A DNA stretch of 64,000 bases, from the NCBI GenBank assembly GCA_018819405.1, contig JAHJQF010000001.1:577377-641376 (forward strand), read 5' to 3'. Positions 45,368 through 54,986 of this stretch are shown piece by piece (positions within the stretch are counted from its first letter, which is position 1; every line of letters begins with the position of its first letter). The notes beneath the pieces were generated by a model. That model was given only the letters and a program-made list of their open reading frames with translations. It was not told the origin of the DNA and did no database searches. The position numbers were made by a program, and so were the translations under genes. The stretch is from Patescibacteria group bacterium (GTDB lineage: Bacteria; Patescibacteriota; Patescibacteriia; UBA1558; GWA2-36-10).

Positions 45368-47098
45368 ATGAAACAAGAGACAGCCTTAGAAATTTTGAAA
45401 TCAGGAGCTAATGTTTTTTTGACCGGTTCAGCCGGAACTGGCAAAACTTATCTTTTGAATCAATATATAAATTATCTAAAAGAAAGAGATATAGAATTAG
45501 CTATTACTGCACCGACAGGTATAGCGGCTTCTCATATAGGTGGTATTACTATTCATTCTTTTTTTGGTGTTGGTATTAGAGAAAATATAGATGATTATTT
45601 TTTGGATTCTTTAATGCAAAAAGAATATCTGTTCAATCGTTTCAAAAAATTAAAAGTTCTCATTATTGATGAAATATCAATGGTATCGCCCGAGCTGTTT
45701 AAATCTATGGATAAGATTTTGCGTAATTTCAAAAATTTACACCAAGCTTTTGGGGGAGTTCAATTGGTATTGTCGGGAGATTTTTTTCAATTACCGCCAG
45801 TTAGCAAAAGTACAAGTGATTTGAGGTTTGCTTGGCAGGTAGATGCTTGGCGAGAAGCAGACCTGAAATCTTGCTATCTTACAGAAAAATTCAGACAAAG
45901 TGATGAGACACTGATAAATATTTTAGATGAAATTCGCTCAGGTCAGGTATCTCCAGAGTCTATGGAAGTTTTTAAGACTTCTTACAAAAAAGAATTAAAA
46001 GTAGATTTTAAAGTCACCAAACTTTATACTCACAATAGAGATGTAGATAAAATAAACGAACAAGAATTAGCTTTGTTGCCAGGTCAGCATATATTTTTTC
46101 AGGCTAGAAATAAAGGGGCCAAAAAAGATCTAGAGAAAATTTTTAGCACTTCTTTGGTAAGTGAAGAGTTGGTACTCAAAAAGAAAGCTTTGGTTATTTT
46201 TATTAAGAATAATTATGAAGCTGGTTATATAAATGGCACTTTGGGTCAGGTGATAGATTTTGATAAAAACACTGGCTTACCTGTAGTTAGGATTTTTTCT
46301 GGCCGAAAAATTGTAGTAGAGCATGAAGAATGGAAATTAGAAAATGCCAAAGGAGAAATAAAGGCAATAGCTAGACAGATTCCTTTGCGTTTGGCTTGGG
46401 CTTTGACTATCCACAAATCGCAAGGCATGACCCTAGATGCTGCCGAAATTGATTTGTCGCAGACTTTTGAAACAGGTCAAGGTTATGTAGCTTTATCCAG
46501 AATAAAATCTATTGAAGGTTTGAGACTCATGGGACTCAATGATGTGGCTCTCAAAGTTGATAAAATTATTTTGAGTGTTGATAAAAAAATCAAAGAAGCA
46601 TCAGACTCATACGAAAAAAAATTTGCTGAATTTTCTCAAAAAGATAAAGAAAAAATGTTCAAAGATTTTATTATTAGAAATGAAGGCACTGTGCAGGAAG
46701 ACAAGATAAAAGAAAATAAAAAGAAATTTAAAAGTAAATCACAAAATATAAATACATCAACCAAAGAAAAAACTTTGGAAGTTACCAAAAAATTATTAGC
46801 CAAAAAGAAAAGTATAATAGAAATTTCAAAAGAAAGAGGGATATCTGAAAATACTGTTTTAGATCACATAAAAAAGATTTCCAAATTTTGGCCAGATTTT
46901 GAGCTGGATTATTTGAAGCCCAAAAAGAAAGTTTTGGACAGGATTTTTGAAACAACAAAAAAAATTGAAGCAGAAAATAACAAAGATAATTTATTGGCGG
47001 ATGGCACTGTAAAATTGAGAGTTATTTTTGAAGCTTTGGGCGAAGAAATTCCTTATGAGGATATAAAAATGGCTTTGATATTTTATTATAAAAATTAA
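45368..47098 (+). CDS. PIF1/RecD-family ATP-dependent DNA helicase with C-terminal helix-turn-helix-like extension
   Basis: Walker A FLTGSAGTGKTY. PIF1 blocks LAITAPTGIAA, LIIDEISMV, GDFFQLPPV, TIHKSQGMTLD. Start at MKQETALEIL. Confidence 0.8.
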   Translation: MKQETALEILKSGANVFLTGSAGTGKTYLLNQYINYLKERDIELAITAPTGIAASHIGGITIHSFFGVGIRENIDDYFLDSLMQKEYLFNRFKKLKVLIIDEISMVSPELFKSMDKILRNFKNLHQAFGGVQLVLSGDFFQLPPVSKSTSDLRFAWQVDAWREADLKSCYLTEKFRQSDETLINILDEIRSGQVSPESMEVFKTSYKKELKVDFKVTKLYTHNRDVDKINEQELALLPGQHIFFQARNKGAKKDLEKIFSTSLVSEELVLKKKALVIFIKNNYEAGYINGTLGQVIDFDKNTGLPVVRIFSGRKIVVEHEEWKLENAKGEIKAIARQIPLRLAWALTIHKSQGMTLDAAEIDLSQTFETGQGYVALSRIKSIEGLRLMGLNDVALKVDKIILSVDKKIKEASDSYEKKFAEFSQKDKEKMFKDFIIRNEGTVQEDKIKENKKKFKSKSQNINTSTKEKTLEVTKKLLAKKKSIIEISKERGISENTVLDHIKKISKFWPDFELDYLKPKKKVLDRIFETTKKIEAENNKDNLLADGTVKLRVIFEALGEEIPYEDIKMALIFYYKN

Positions 47099-47110
47099 TT
47101 AGTTATTTTT

Positions 47111-47407
47111 ATGTCTAACAAATATCAACATTTTAATAATGCCCAGGCTGAGCTAGATTTTCATAATCGTGGCCCAATGACCAATCAGCAGATTGTTGAT
47201 TTGGCCGATAAATTTATTCATCAATCAGCGTCTGAGGGATGTAGGACTATAGCTATTATTACGGGTGTAGGTATACATTCCAAAAATGGTCCGGTCATAA
47301 AACCATTAATTGAAGATTTACTTAGAAGTCATCCCTTGGTTCTCAGTTTTGCTGAAGGAAAATTTGCTCAAGGTGGGCAAGGAATGTTTAAAATTAAATT
47401 GCTTTAA
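47111..47407 (+). CDS. Smr (small MutS-related) domain protein
   Basis: LDFHNRG ... IAIITGVGIHSKNG matches the Smr LDLHG / ITGKG pattern. Confidence 0.6.
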   Translation: MSNKYQHFNNAQAELDFHNRGPMTNQQIVDLADKFIHQSASEGCRTIAIITGVGIHSKNGPVIKPLIEDLLRSHPLVLSFAEGKFAQGGQGMFKIKLL

Positions 47408-47474
47408 TATTTTACTCAGCCGTGTTTGATACGGTTTTTTATAAAAAGTTTTTAATATAAATAAACTATTTTGT

Positions 47475-47522
47475 CAACCTGCGAGCTTGGGTCAACCTCG
47501 CAGGTTGTAGTAGAACTTTTTG
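47475..47522 (+). terminator. terminator-like hairpin (11-bp stem) downstream of the Smr gene
   Basis: CAACCTGCGAG-12 nt-CTCGCAGGTTG. The T-run follows only after 8 nt, so efficiency is uncertain. Confidence 0.35.
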
Positions 47523-47649
47523 TTAAAATGTTGTATAATATATTTATTCTTTTAGGTGTTTATAAAATTATATATAAAAATTTATTAGTTTTTTAGCACG
47601 GTTTATAAAACACGTGGTATTTTTTTTATAAAAAATTCTAAAGAGTAAA

Positions 47650-48627
47650 ATGGCAAACAAAAACATAATAGAAAAATTACAATTAGCTGATTTACGCGGT
47701 AGAGGTGGCGCTAATTTTCCCACTTATATAAAATGGCAGACTGTTTTGGAAGCAAAAGGTAAAATTACTTATATTTTGGCCAATGGTAGTGAAGGAGAGC
47801 CGGCTACCATGAAAGACGCTTATATTATTGAAAATTATGCTGAGGATTTGATTGACGGCATCAAGATTGCTTTGGGCGTCTTCAAAAACAGTCAAGCTTT
47901 TATTTATTTACGCAAAGATTATTTCAAAAAATACAAAAGAAAATTGGAAAAATTGATTGGTGATTTGCCGATTACAGTTGTCCGAGAAAAAGGTGGTTAT
48001 TTGTCTGGTGAAGAAACAACAGCTTGTCAGGAGATAGAAAAAAAGATTCGTCGTCCACGACTGAGGCCACCATATCCAGGTCAGGCCGGTATTTTTGGTA
48101 TGCCTACTTTGATAAATAATATTGAGACTTTTTATTATATATCTCAAATTGCCAAAGATAAATACAAAAAAAATAGATTTTATACTATCTTGGGCAAAGT
48201 AAAAAATAAAGGAGTTTTTGAATTACCTATCAACTGGCCAATAGCCAAAATACTTCAGGAAACTGGCAACTGGCCAAAATTTGAATTTTTTTTACAAGTA
48301 GGCGGTGGAGCCAGCGGTGAAATACTTTTGGCCAATGAAACAAAACAACTGGCCGGTGGGAGTGGTTCAATAGTTGTTTATGACAAAAATCAAACAGATC
48401 CTTGGGATCTTATGAGAAATTGGTTGGATTTTTTTATGAATGAAAATTGTGACAAATGTACACCCTGTCGTGAAGGTACCTATCGTTTGATGCAAATGGT
48501 CAGAGACAGAAAATTTGATGAGCAGATTTTGGATGATCTTTTATTTGTTTTGGAAAATACTAGTTTTTGTGCCTTGGGCAAGTCAGTAGCTATGCCATTT
48601 AGGTCGGCAGTTAAAAAATTATTATGA
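47650..48627 (+). CDS. NuoF-like (51-kDa) NADH-binding flavoprotein subunit, probable hydrogenase diaphorase partner
   Basis: LRGRGGANFPTYIKW (NuoF GRGGAGFPTG-like), SLBB region, 4Fe-4S CDKCTPCREGT. Its stop overlaps the hydrogenase start (ATGA). Confidence 0.75.
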   Translation: MANKNIIEKLQLADLRGRGGANFPTYIKWQTVLEAKGKITYILANGSEGEPATMKDAYIIENYAEDLIDGIKIALGVFKNSQAFIYLRKDYFKKYKRKLEKLIGDLPITVVREKGGYLSGEETTACQEIEKKIRRPRLRPPYPGQAGIFGMPTLINNIETFYYISQIAKDKYKKNRFYTILGKVKNKGVFELPINWPIAKILQETGNWPKFEFFLQVGGGASGEILLANETKQLAGGSGSIVVYDKNQTDPWDLMRNWLDFFMNENCDKCTPCREGTYRLMQMVRDRKFDEQILDDLLFVLENTSFCALGKSVAMPFRSAVKKLL

Positions 48628-50351
48628 AAAATAAAAATATAAACTTAACAATCAACGGCAAAAAATATACAGCCCAAGCAGGGGAGACTATTTTGGATGT
48701 GGCCAGACGCAATAATATTCATATTACTACTCTCTGTTATCATCCGGATGTCAAAATTCAGGGATCTTGTCGTATGTGTATGGTAGAAGTAGAGGGGCAA
48801 AAGGGTTTGCAGGCTTCTTGTACTACTCCGGTGTCTGAAGGGATGAAAATTATTACAGATTCAGAAAATATTTATCGGGCAAAAAAAGTAAATTTAGAAT
48901 TGGTTTTTTCTGAACATTGTGAGGAATGTAATGATTGTCTGTATTTTCAGGATTGCAATATAAAAAAATATGCTAAAGATAGCAAAGCAAAAATTACCAG
49001 ATTTCCTGACAGAAAAAAAAGCTATCCAGTCCACAAATTCGGACCAGCCATAGAATTTGATTCTTCCAAGTGCATTGATTGCGGACTGTGTGTAGAAATT
49101 TGCAAAAAAGAAGGTGTAGATTTTTTGGAGTTTAAGAAAAAAGGCAAGTTTTATGAAGTCTTGCCGTCAGCTAAAATTTCTAAAGATTGTATATATTGCG
49201 GGCAATGCCTGACTCATTGTCCAGTGGGAGCTTTTGAAGGAGTGGGCGAATTTGAAGATGTAGATAAATATATTGATTTCAAAGGCAAAACAGTAGTATT
49301 TCAGTTTGCTCCGTCAATACGCTCTACTATTGGAGAAGAATTTGGTATGCCATATGGGTCAGTAGTTACTGGCAAATTGATAGCGGCTATTCAAGCACTG
49401 GGGATTAAACATGTTTTTGATGTATGTGTAGGAGCGGATATGACCACTATGGAAGAGGCCAAAGAATTACTTGATAGAATAAAAAATGATAAGCCACTAC
49501 CGATGTTTACTTCTTGTTGTCCGGCTTGGGTAAAATATGTAGAGTTTTTTCGTCCTGATATGATTCCTCATCTGACCACTGTCCGCAGTCCTCAACTTAT
49601 CATGGGCGGTATTATCAAAACATATTGGGCCAAACAAATGGGACTCAAAGCCAAGGATATTATAGTAGTAGGTGTGATGCCCTGTGTAGCCAAAAAATAT
49701 GAGATAGAAAGAAGTCAGGTCAAGATAAATGGCATCAAGCCAGTTGACCAGATACTGACTACTCGTGAGCTGGCTTATCTTTTTAGAAAAAAGAAAATAG
49801 ATTTTAAAAATATCAAACCAGTCAAACCCAACTCTCCGATTCATGCTTCCAGTGGGGCAGCAGTAATTTATGGAGCGTCAGGTGGTGTGATGGAATCAGC
49901 CTTACGGGCAGCCTATCGCATGGCTACCGGCAAAGCAATGCCAAATTTGCAACTCAAACAGGTCAGGGGGATTAAGGGTTTTAAAAAAGCCAATATTAAA
50001 ATAGGAAAAAAGACTTTGAAGGTAGGAGTAGTCAACGGTATTAGTAATGCCAAGCGAATTTTAGAGGAGCTAGAAGCCAATCCCAAAGCCTATGATTATG
50101 TAGAAGTAATGGCTTGTTTTGGTGGTTGTATTGGTGGTGGTGGTCAGCCAGTACCAGTAGATGATGAAATCAGAATAAAGCGCTCCCAAGCTTTGTATGG
50201 AGTTGATGACAGACAAAAAGTACGTAGTGCCGAAGCCAATCCTATTATACAAAAGCTGTACAAAGAATTTTTTAAAGATCACATTACTACTCATTCAATT
50301 TGCCATACCTCATTTGTCAAAAAGAAAAAAGAGGTATATCCTAAAAAATAA
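48624..50351 (+). CDS. hydA: [FeFe]-hydrogenase catalytic subunit with N-terminal 2Fe-2S and two 4Fe-4S ferredoxin-like domains
   Basis: H-cluster motifs L1 TSCCPAW, L2 MPCVAKKYE, L3 EVMACFGGCIGGGGQP. CIDCGLCVEICK and CIYCGQCLTHCP 4Fe-4S motifs. N-terminal CYHP...GSCRMC 2Fe-2S. Confidence 0.9.
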   Translation: MKNKNINLTINGKKYTAQAGETILDVARRNNIHITTLCYHPDVKIQGSCRMCMVEVEGQKGLQASCTTPVSEGMKIITDSENIYRAKKVNLELVFSEHCEECNDCLYFQDCNIKKYAKDSKAKITRFPDRKKSYPVHKFGPAIEFDSSKCIDCGLCVEICKKEGVDFLEFKKKGKFYEVLPSAKISKDCIYCGQCLTHCPVGAFEGVGEFEDVDKYIDFKGKTVVFQFAPSIRSTIGEEFGMPYGSVVTGKLIAAIQALGIKHVFDVCVGADMTTMEEAKELLDRIKNDKPLPMFTSCCPAWVKYVEFFRPDMIPHLTTVRSPQLIMGGIIKTYWAKQMGLKAKDIIVVGVMPCVAKKYEIERSQVKINGIKPVDQILTTRELAYLFRKKKIDFKNIKPVKPNSPIHASSGAAVIYGASGGVMESALRAAYRMATGKAMPNLQLKQVRGIKGFKKANIKIGKKTLKVGVVNGISNAKRILEELEANPKAYDYVEVMACFGGCIGGGGQPVPVDDEIRIKRSQALYGVDDRQKVRSAEANPIIQKLYKEFFKDHITTHSICHTSFVKKKKEVYPKK

Positions 50352-50363
50352 CAAGACAAAAAT

Positions 50364-50876
50364 ATGACATTTACCAGAACTTTAGCTTTGGATAGAGCCA
50401 AAACAATCGCTATTATACAATTTGTTACCTTGTTAAGTATTGCTACAGTTGCGCCCTTTTTTCATCAGCAGTGGCTGACCGGGCCGATTGTCAATGCCAT
50501 GTTTTTGATAGCCGTAGCACTTTTGGGTACAGAGAGCGCAATTTTTTTGGCGCTGCTACCTAGTACTATTGCTTTGTCAGTCGGTATGTTGCCGGCAATT
50601 TTGGCACCGATGATTCCTTTTATAATAATTAGTAATACCATTCTGATTTTAGGTTTTTCTTATTTGAGGGACAAAAACTTTTGGCTTGGTGTGATAGTTG
50701 CTAGTTTCTTGAAATACCTTTTTCTTTGGTCAACCAGTTTTGTTGTAATAAATTTACTTATAAAAAAAGAATTAGCTACCAATGTCTCAGCTATGATGAG
50801 CTGGCCACAGTTTGTAACGGCAGTTTTAGGAGGAGTGATTGCCTACGGATTTTTGAAAAGCATCAAGAAAATATAA
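50364..50876 (+). CDS. hypothetical polytopic membrane protein (5-6 TM)
   Basis: Hydrophobic helices throughout. No diagnostic motif. Confidence 0.35.
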   Translation: MTFTRTLALDRAKTIAIIQFVTLLSIATVAPFFHQQWLTGPIVNAMFLIAVALLGTESAIFLALLPSTIALSVGMLPAILAPMIPFIIISNTILILGFSYLRDKNFWLGVIVASFLKYLFLWSTSFVVINLLIKKELATNVSAMMSWPQFVTAVLGGVIAYGFLKSIKKI

Positions 50877-50936
50877 ATTACAGATTTTAAATACCCCACA
50901 ACAGTCCTTACCCACCAGCTTAAGGAGGTGATTTAG

Positions 50937-51191
50937 ATGAGTCAGGGTAGTATCGACAGGGAAGGAGCCTTCATCGACATCACAGTGCCTGTCGAATTTG
51001 CCCAGGAAATTCGTGACCGACTAAGTCAGTGCGAGTCTTACACTCTTGATCAAAACAATTGTCATCAGGATCAGGAGGTGGCGCACATACGCATAATCCT
51101 CAAGGTCATGTCCAGAGGGGCATGTTACCAGAAGATCAAGGAGATCGGTCAAGAATTAGGGATTTCTGTCTTGGACAAGACAGCAGGCTGA
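50937..51191 (+). CDS. GC-rich foreign-looking small protein (84 aa), hypothetical
   Basis: Canonical SD AAGGAGG 9 nt upstream of the ATG. GC-rich, CTG/CGC-rich codons. Followed by a strong hairpin terminator. Confidence 0.45.
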   Translation: MSQGSIDREGAFIDITVPVEFAQEIRDRLSQCESYTLDQNNCHQDQEVAHIRIILKVMSRGACYQKIKEIGQELGISVLDKTAG

Positions 51192-51237
51192 AAAAAATTC
51201 CCCGCGAAGCGAAGCTTCGCGGGGAATAATTTTTTTT
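51192..51237. terminator. bidirectional intrinsic terminator
   Basis: AAAAAAATT-CCCCGCGAAGC-GAA-GCTTCGCGGGG-AATAATTTTTTTT, between convergent genes. Confidence 0.7.
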
Positions 51238-52687
51238 ATCTTTCTATTAGTGGCATAGGAACACCAGGTTGATCTATAGGTGTGAGTCGGCTATCTACAA
51301 TATCTTTGGCCAGGGGTACTACTACTGTTTCTTTGTAGTAATATCCCTCAGTCGGTTGTTCTAGGACTGGAAATACTAGGGCTGGCACAAACAATTGATA
51401 TGATTGCATTCCATCGTAGTGCCAGGCGCTGGTATAAGCTAGTTTTGGTTCGCCTAATTTTACTTCTACGATTTCTGAATCTTGGGCATAATATATTGGC
51501 CATCCACCACCTTGTTCAGCTAGTTTTTTCAGTCGGTTGGTGTCAGTTTCCATGTCATAAAGGGAGCTTTGGTATTTTTGACTGCTAATACCCCAGGCGC
51601 CTGATGCTCTATTTTCACGGATATTTATATTCACCCTTAGACCAAATTTTCCACCATATTCTTCGTATATTTCCTGTTCATTTATAATTTGTGGGTAAAC
51701 TACTGATATCATCTCAGGTATGTAATAATAGTCCTTTTCTGGTGAGTTTTCATAATATAATCTCCATTGATTGTCCACGCTTGGCTCGCCGTATTGGCTG
51801 ATGTCTATTTTTTTATCAGCCAAAAATTTGTCGGCAATACTTATTAATTTTTCGTCACTTGGTATTTGTTCTATTTTTATAGGCTCATTATATTGAGGTT
51901 GTGGCCATCTTTCCCAGTTTTCTGAAATAGAAATTATACCTTCATATAAATCTACATATAGTGAATATCCGTAGTCTCTATCTTCCGTAATATTGAAGTT
52001 TCTGAGCTGGGTATTTTTGAATGAACTCATATTGAGATCTTCAAATTTTGTCTGTTGTATCATTTGAGCTAGTGATGAAGCAGCACTGGAGCCTTTTATT
52101 TTTTTGTATACTGGCAGTTGTGACTGATCAAAATCAATTTCACCATCATAAATATATTTGTATGATACAGGCATAGGAGCAATCATTTTGCTGTCAGCCA
52201 TGGCAGAATCTGTGCCGGTGATACCGCCACCTCCACCCAAGCCTGCGGCCTCAGCAGTAGGAGCAGTGCCTCCTGAATTATCAGTTAAAGAGCCAAAAGC
52301 TCTATCTTGTATTGGTAGTACTTCAAAAGAAAAATTTGCCTTTTCAGTTTTATTGGCTAGTTTGAGTTGGCCAGGAGTATCTTTTGATAAATTTGGTAGA
52401 ACTATTAAAAGAACGACTAAGGCAGCGCCCCCAAGGGCATAAAATAATTTATTCATAAAATTGTTATTAGTTTTTAATTTTTGTTTCATATCATCCTGTT
52501 GTTTTATTTGATTAAATTTTTCCAAAAGCTCACTGCGCAGCTGGCTTTTGAATGATTCGTCAAATTTTACTTTTGGACGAGAAGCAATCAGTGATTCTAT
52601 TATTTTTATGAGCTCTGGTTCATATTTTTTTAGGCTTTTGTCAGCCAAGTAGAGCTCGTCTAAAATTGTTTGTATATTTTTGTCCAT
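51236..52687 (-). CDS. putative anti-sigma factor: cytoplasmic N-terminal helix, single TM, large extracytoplasmic domain
   Basis: Lies immediately downstream of, and 4 nt from, the ECF sigma gene on the same strand. TM LFYALGGAALVVLLIVL at about residue 85. Confidence 0.5.
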   Translation of the reverse strand: MDKNIQTILDELYLADKSLKKYEPELIKIIESLIASRPKVKFDESFKSQLRSELLEKFNQIKQQDDMKQKLKTNNNFMNKLFYALGGAALVVLLIVLPNLSKDTPGQLKLANKTEKANFSFEVLPIQDRAFGSLTDNSGGTAPTAEAAGLGGGGGITGTDSAMADSKMIAPMPVSYKYIYDGEIDFDQSQLPVYKKIKGSSAASSLAQMIQQTKFEDLNMSSFKNTQLRNFNITEDRDYGYSLYVDLYEGIISISENWERWPQPQYNEPIKIEQIPSDEKLISIADKFLADKKIDISQYGEPSVDNQWRLYYENSPEKDYYYIPEMISVVYPQIINEQEIYEEYGGKFGLRVNINIRENRASGAWGISSQKYQSSLYDMETDTNRLKKLAEQGGGWPIYYAQDSEIVEVKLGEPKLAYTSAWHYDGMQSYQLFVPALVFPVLEQPTEGYYYKETVVVPLAKDIVDSRLTPIDQPGVPMPLIER

Positions 52688-52691
52688 ATTT

Positions 52692-53246
52692 TTAATTGAT
52701 GATTAGAGTAATAAATAATATGAGAATTGTTAGAGACAACTTGAGTTGTTTTATGGCTCGGGAAAATGTCATTTTGCAGCTACCTTCTGATTTGCCGACA
52801 ATCTGAGATATTTCTTTGTATGACAGTTCATTCCAGACACGCATTATAATTATTTCTTTTTGCTGAGGACTTAGGCTGTCAAGTTTTTCAGTTATTTTTT
52901 CTAGCTCTTGTTTTTGACTGATGTTTTCTTCTAATTTTTTGTCATCATAAGTCATAAAATTTTCTTCTAGGCTAGTAGTTTCTTTGTTTGATCGGTAATA
53001 ATCTATTAGGTTGTTTCTGGCAATTTTATATAGCCAGGCTGAAAAAAAGCTAGAGGACGTATCAAAGCTTTGTATTTTTTCTAAGGCCTTGCTAAAAGTC
53101 AGACTGGTTAGATCTTCGGAAGTTTCTTTGTGGCTAGTTTTGTAATAAATGAAACGGTAAATTTTTTGAAAGTATTTGTCGTAGAGCTGACCAAAGGCAG
53201 CGCTGTCGCCATTTTGACAATTTAGGATTAATTGTTTTTCTTCCAT
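52692..53246 (-). CDS. ECF-type RNA polymerase sigma-70 family factor
   Basis: Region 2 FGQLYDKYFQKIYRFIYYK...AWLYKIARNNLIDYYR and region 4 SPQQKEIIIMRVWNELSYKEISQIVGKSEGSCKMTFSRAIKQL. Confidence 0.8.
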   Translation of the reverse strand: MEEKQLILNCQNGDSAAFGQLYDKYFQKIYRFIYYKTSHKETSEDLTSLTFSKALEKIQSFDTSSSFFSAWLYKIARNNLIDYYRSNKETTSLEENFMTYDDKKLEENISQKQELEKITEKLDSLSPQQKEIIIMRVWNELSYKEISQIVGKSEGSCKMTFSRAIKQLKLSLTILILFITLIIN

Positions 53247-53361
53247 ATTTTTGTTATCTCACTATATTATAACGAATTTTTCGTAAAAAGGTAACATATA
53301 TTGACAAAAAAGCTAAAAAATGCTAATTTGGGCAGACTTATTATAATATTAAAATCTAAAT

Positions 53362-54981
53362 ATGAAGACTTATTCACTAAAAATTCGTTTCTTATCAATT
53401 TTGTTGATTTTGCCATTTTTTTTGGCTGGATGTGGACAAAATAATGATGAACAGACAGAAACTACTATTAAAAAGAAAGTAGAAGTACAACAGGTTGTAA
53501 AACAAAATCAGGTTTCATCCAAGCTTTTGGCTAGTGGTACAGTAGTCCCAAAAGAATATAGCTTGATTCGCTCTCTTACTCCTGGAACCATAGAATATTT
53601 AGCTCCGGTGGGTTCGGAAGTAGTGGCCGGACAGCCGCTATTTTCTATAAAAGATTCGGGAGTAGAAAATAATTATTATAATAGTTTAAATAATTTTCAA
53701 CAAACTCAGATAACTAGTAATCAGCGTATTCAACAAGCCGAGCTGGGTGTAAATAATGCTAAAGCTAGGTTGGATTTAGCTAGAGTTCAATACGATAATA
53801 CTGTTATTCAAACTGAACAGAATACTGGCAACATAGAAAATTCGGCTATTGTTGCCTATGGTTCAGCTTATAATACTTTAAGCCAGTTTTTATTGTTTTT
53901 AAATAGTAGTGTTAGCTTTGATAATCCAGTATATATTTATGAAAATATATTGACAGCTCAATATCAATTTTCAGTAGATACTAGATGGCAGTTTTTAAAG
54001 TCTGTTAATGAATATAAAACTTTAGCTACTCAGATAAGTTTGGAAAATTTGGATGGTGATTTATTTAAAATGCACAAAGTACTTTTAGAAAGTAAGTTGT
54101 CGGTAGATAATACTATTATTTTATTACAAAATGCTATACCAGGCGCTAATTTTACATCAACAAGTATAGAAAATGATAAATTAATTATAGCTGGTTACCA
54201 AACATCTATTAATCAACATTTATCTAATATTATTAGTATTATAAATAGTGTAGAAAATATTAAAATAACAAATAGTCTAGCCATAAATAATTCTCAAGCG
54301 CAGCTTGATTTGGCAGAAATAGAATATAAAAATTCTGAAATTGCTTTACAAAATGCCAAAGATGGAGCTGACTTGGAGCAAAGCATATCTCAATCACAGT
54401 TTGATATGGCCGCTTATAGCTATAATAATTTATCAATGCCCTCACCTTTTAGTGGTACAATTTTGTCGCATTTTGTCACTGAGGGTGAGCAAGTATCAGT
54501 CGGAAAAGAGCTGGTGGAAATTGGTAATCTTTCTTTGGTAGAAATTAGCGTTGATGTAGATGTAGATTTTGCCAAAGCTATAAAACTTGGCGATGAAGTA
54601 ACTATTGATCAAAAATATAAAGGCATTGTTTCAGAGATTGAGCCGATTGGTGATCTAAAAAGTGGCAAAATCAGCGTCACAGTGCAAAGCCAGGAGGCCG
54701 GTGATGGTCTAGTGGCTAGTAGTATTGCTGAAGTAGAATTCAATCTTCTCTATGAGGGGCTTGATACCATGGTCATTCCTATAAAATCCGCTACTATTGA
54801 AGCTTCTGGAAATTATGTTTATACAGTAGAGGACGGAAAAATTGTCAGAAAAAATGTGACTTTGGGTCAAATATATGGTGACAAAGTATCTGTAGTTAGT
54901 GGTCTGGAAGAAGGTGAAAATCTGGTGATTTTAAATGGTGTATTTGTTTCCAGTGGAGAAGAAGTGGAAGTCATTGAATAA
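53362..54981 (+). CDS. efflux transporter periplasmic adaptor (membrane fusion protein)-like lipoprotein
   Basis: Lipoprotein signal LAGC. Long coiled-coil segments. C-terminal beta-barrel-like GDKVSVVSGLEEGENLVILNG. Directly precedes the RND pump. Confidence 0.55.
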   Translation: MKTYSLKIRFLSILLILPFFLAGCGQNNDEQTETTIKKKVEVQQVVKQNQVSSKLLASGTVVPKEYSLIRSLTPGTIEYLAPVGSEVVAGQPLFSIKDSGVENNYYNSLNNFQQTQITSNQRIQQAELGVNNAKARLDLARVQYDNTVIQTEQNTGNIENSAIVAYGSAYNTLSQFLLFLNSSVSFDNPVYIYENILTAQYQFSVDTRWQFLKSVNEYKTLATQISLENLDGDLFKMHKVLLESKLSVDNTIILLQNAIPGANFTSTSIENDKLIIAGYQTSINQHLSNIISIINSVENIKITNSLAINNSQAQLDLAEIEYKNSEIALQNAKDGADLEQSISQSQFDMAAYSYNNLSMPSPFSGTILSHFVTEGEQVSVGKELVEIGNLSLVEISVDVDVDFAKAIKLGDEVTIDQKYKGIVSEIEPIGDLKSGKISVTVQSQEAGDGLVASSIAEVEFNLLYEGLDTMVIPIKSATIEASGNYVYTVEDGKIVRKNVTLGQIYGDKVSVVSGLEEGENLVILNGVFVSSGEEVEVIE

Positions 54982-54986
54982 TATTT

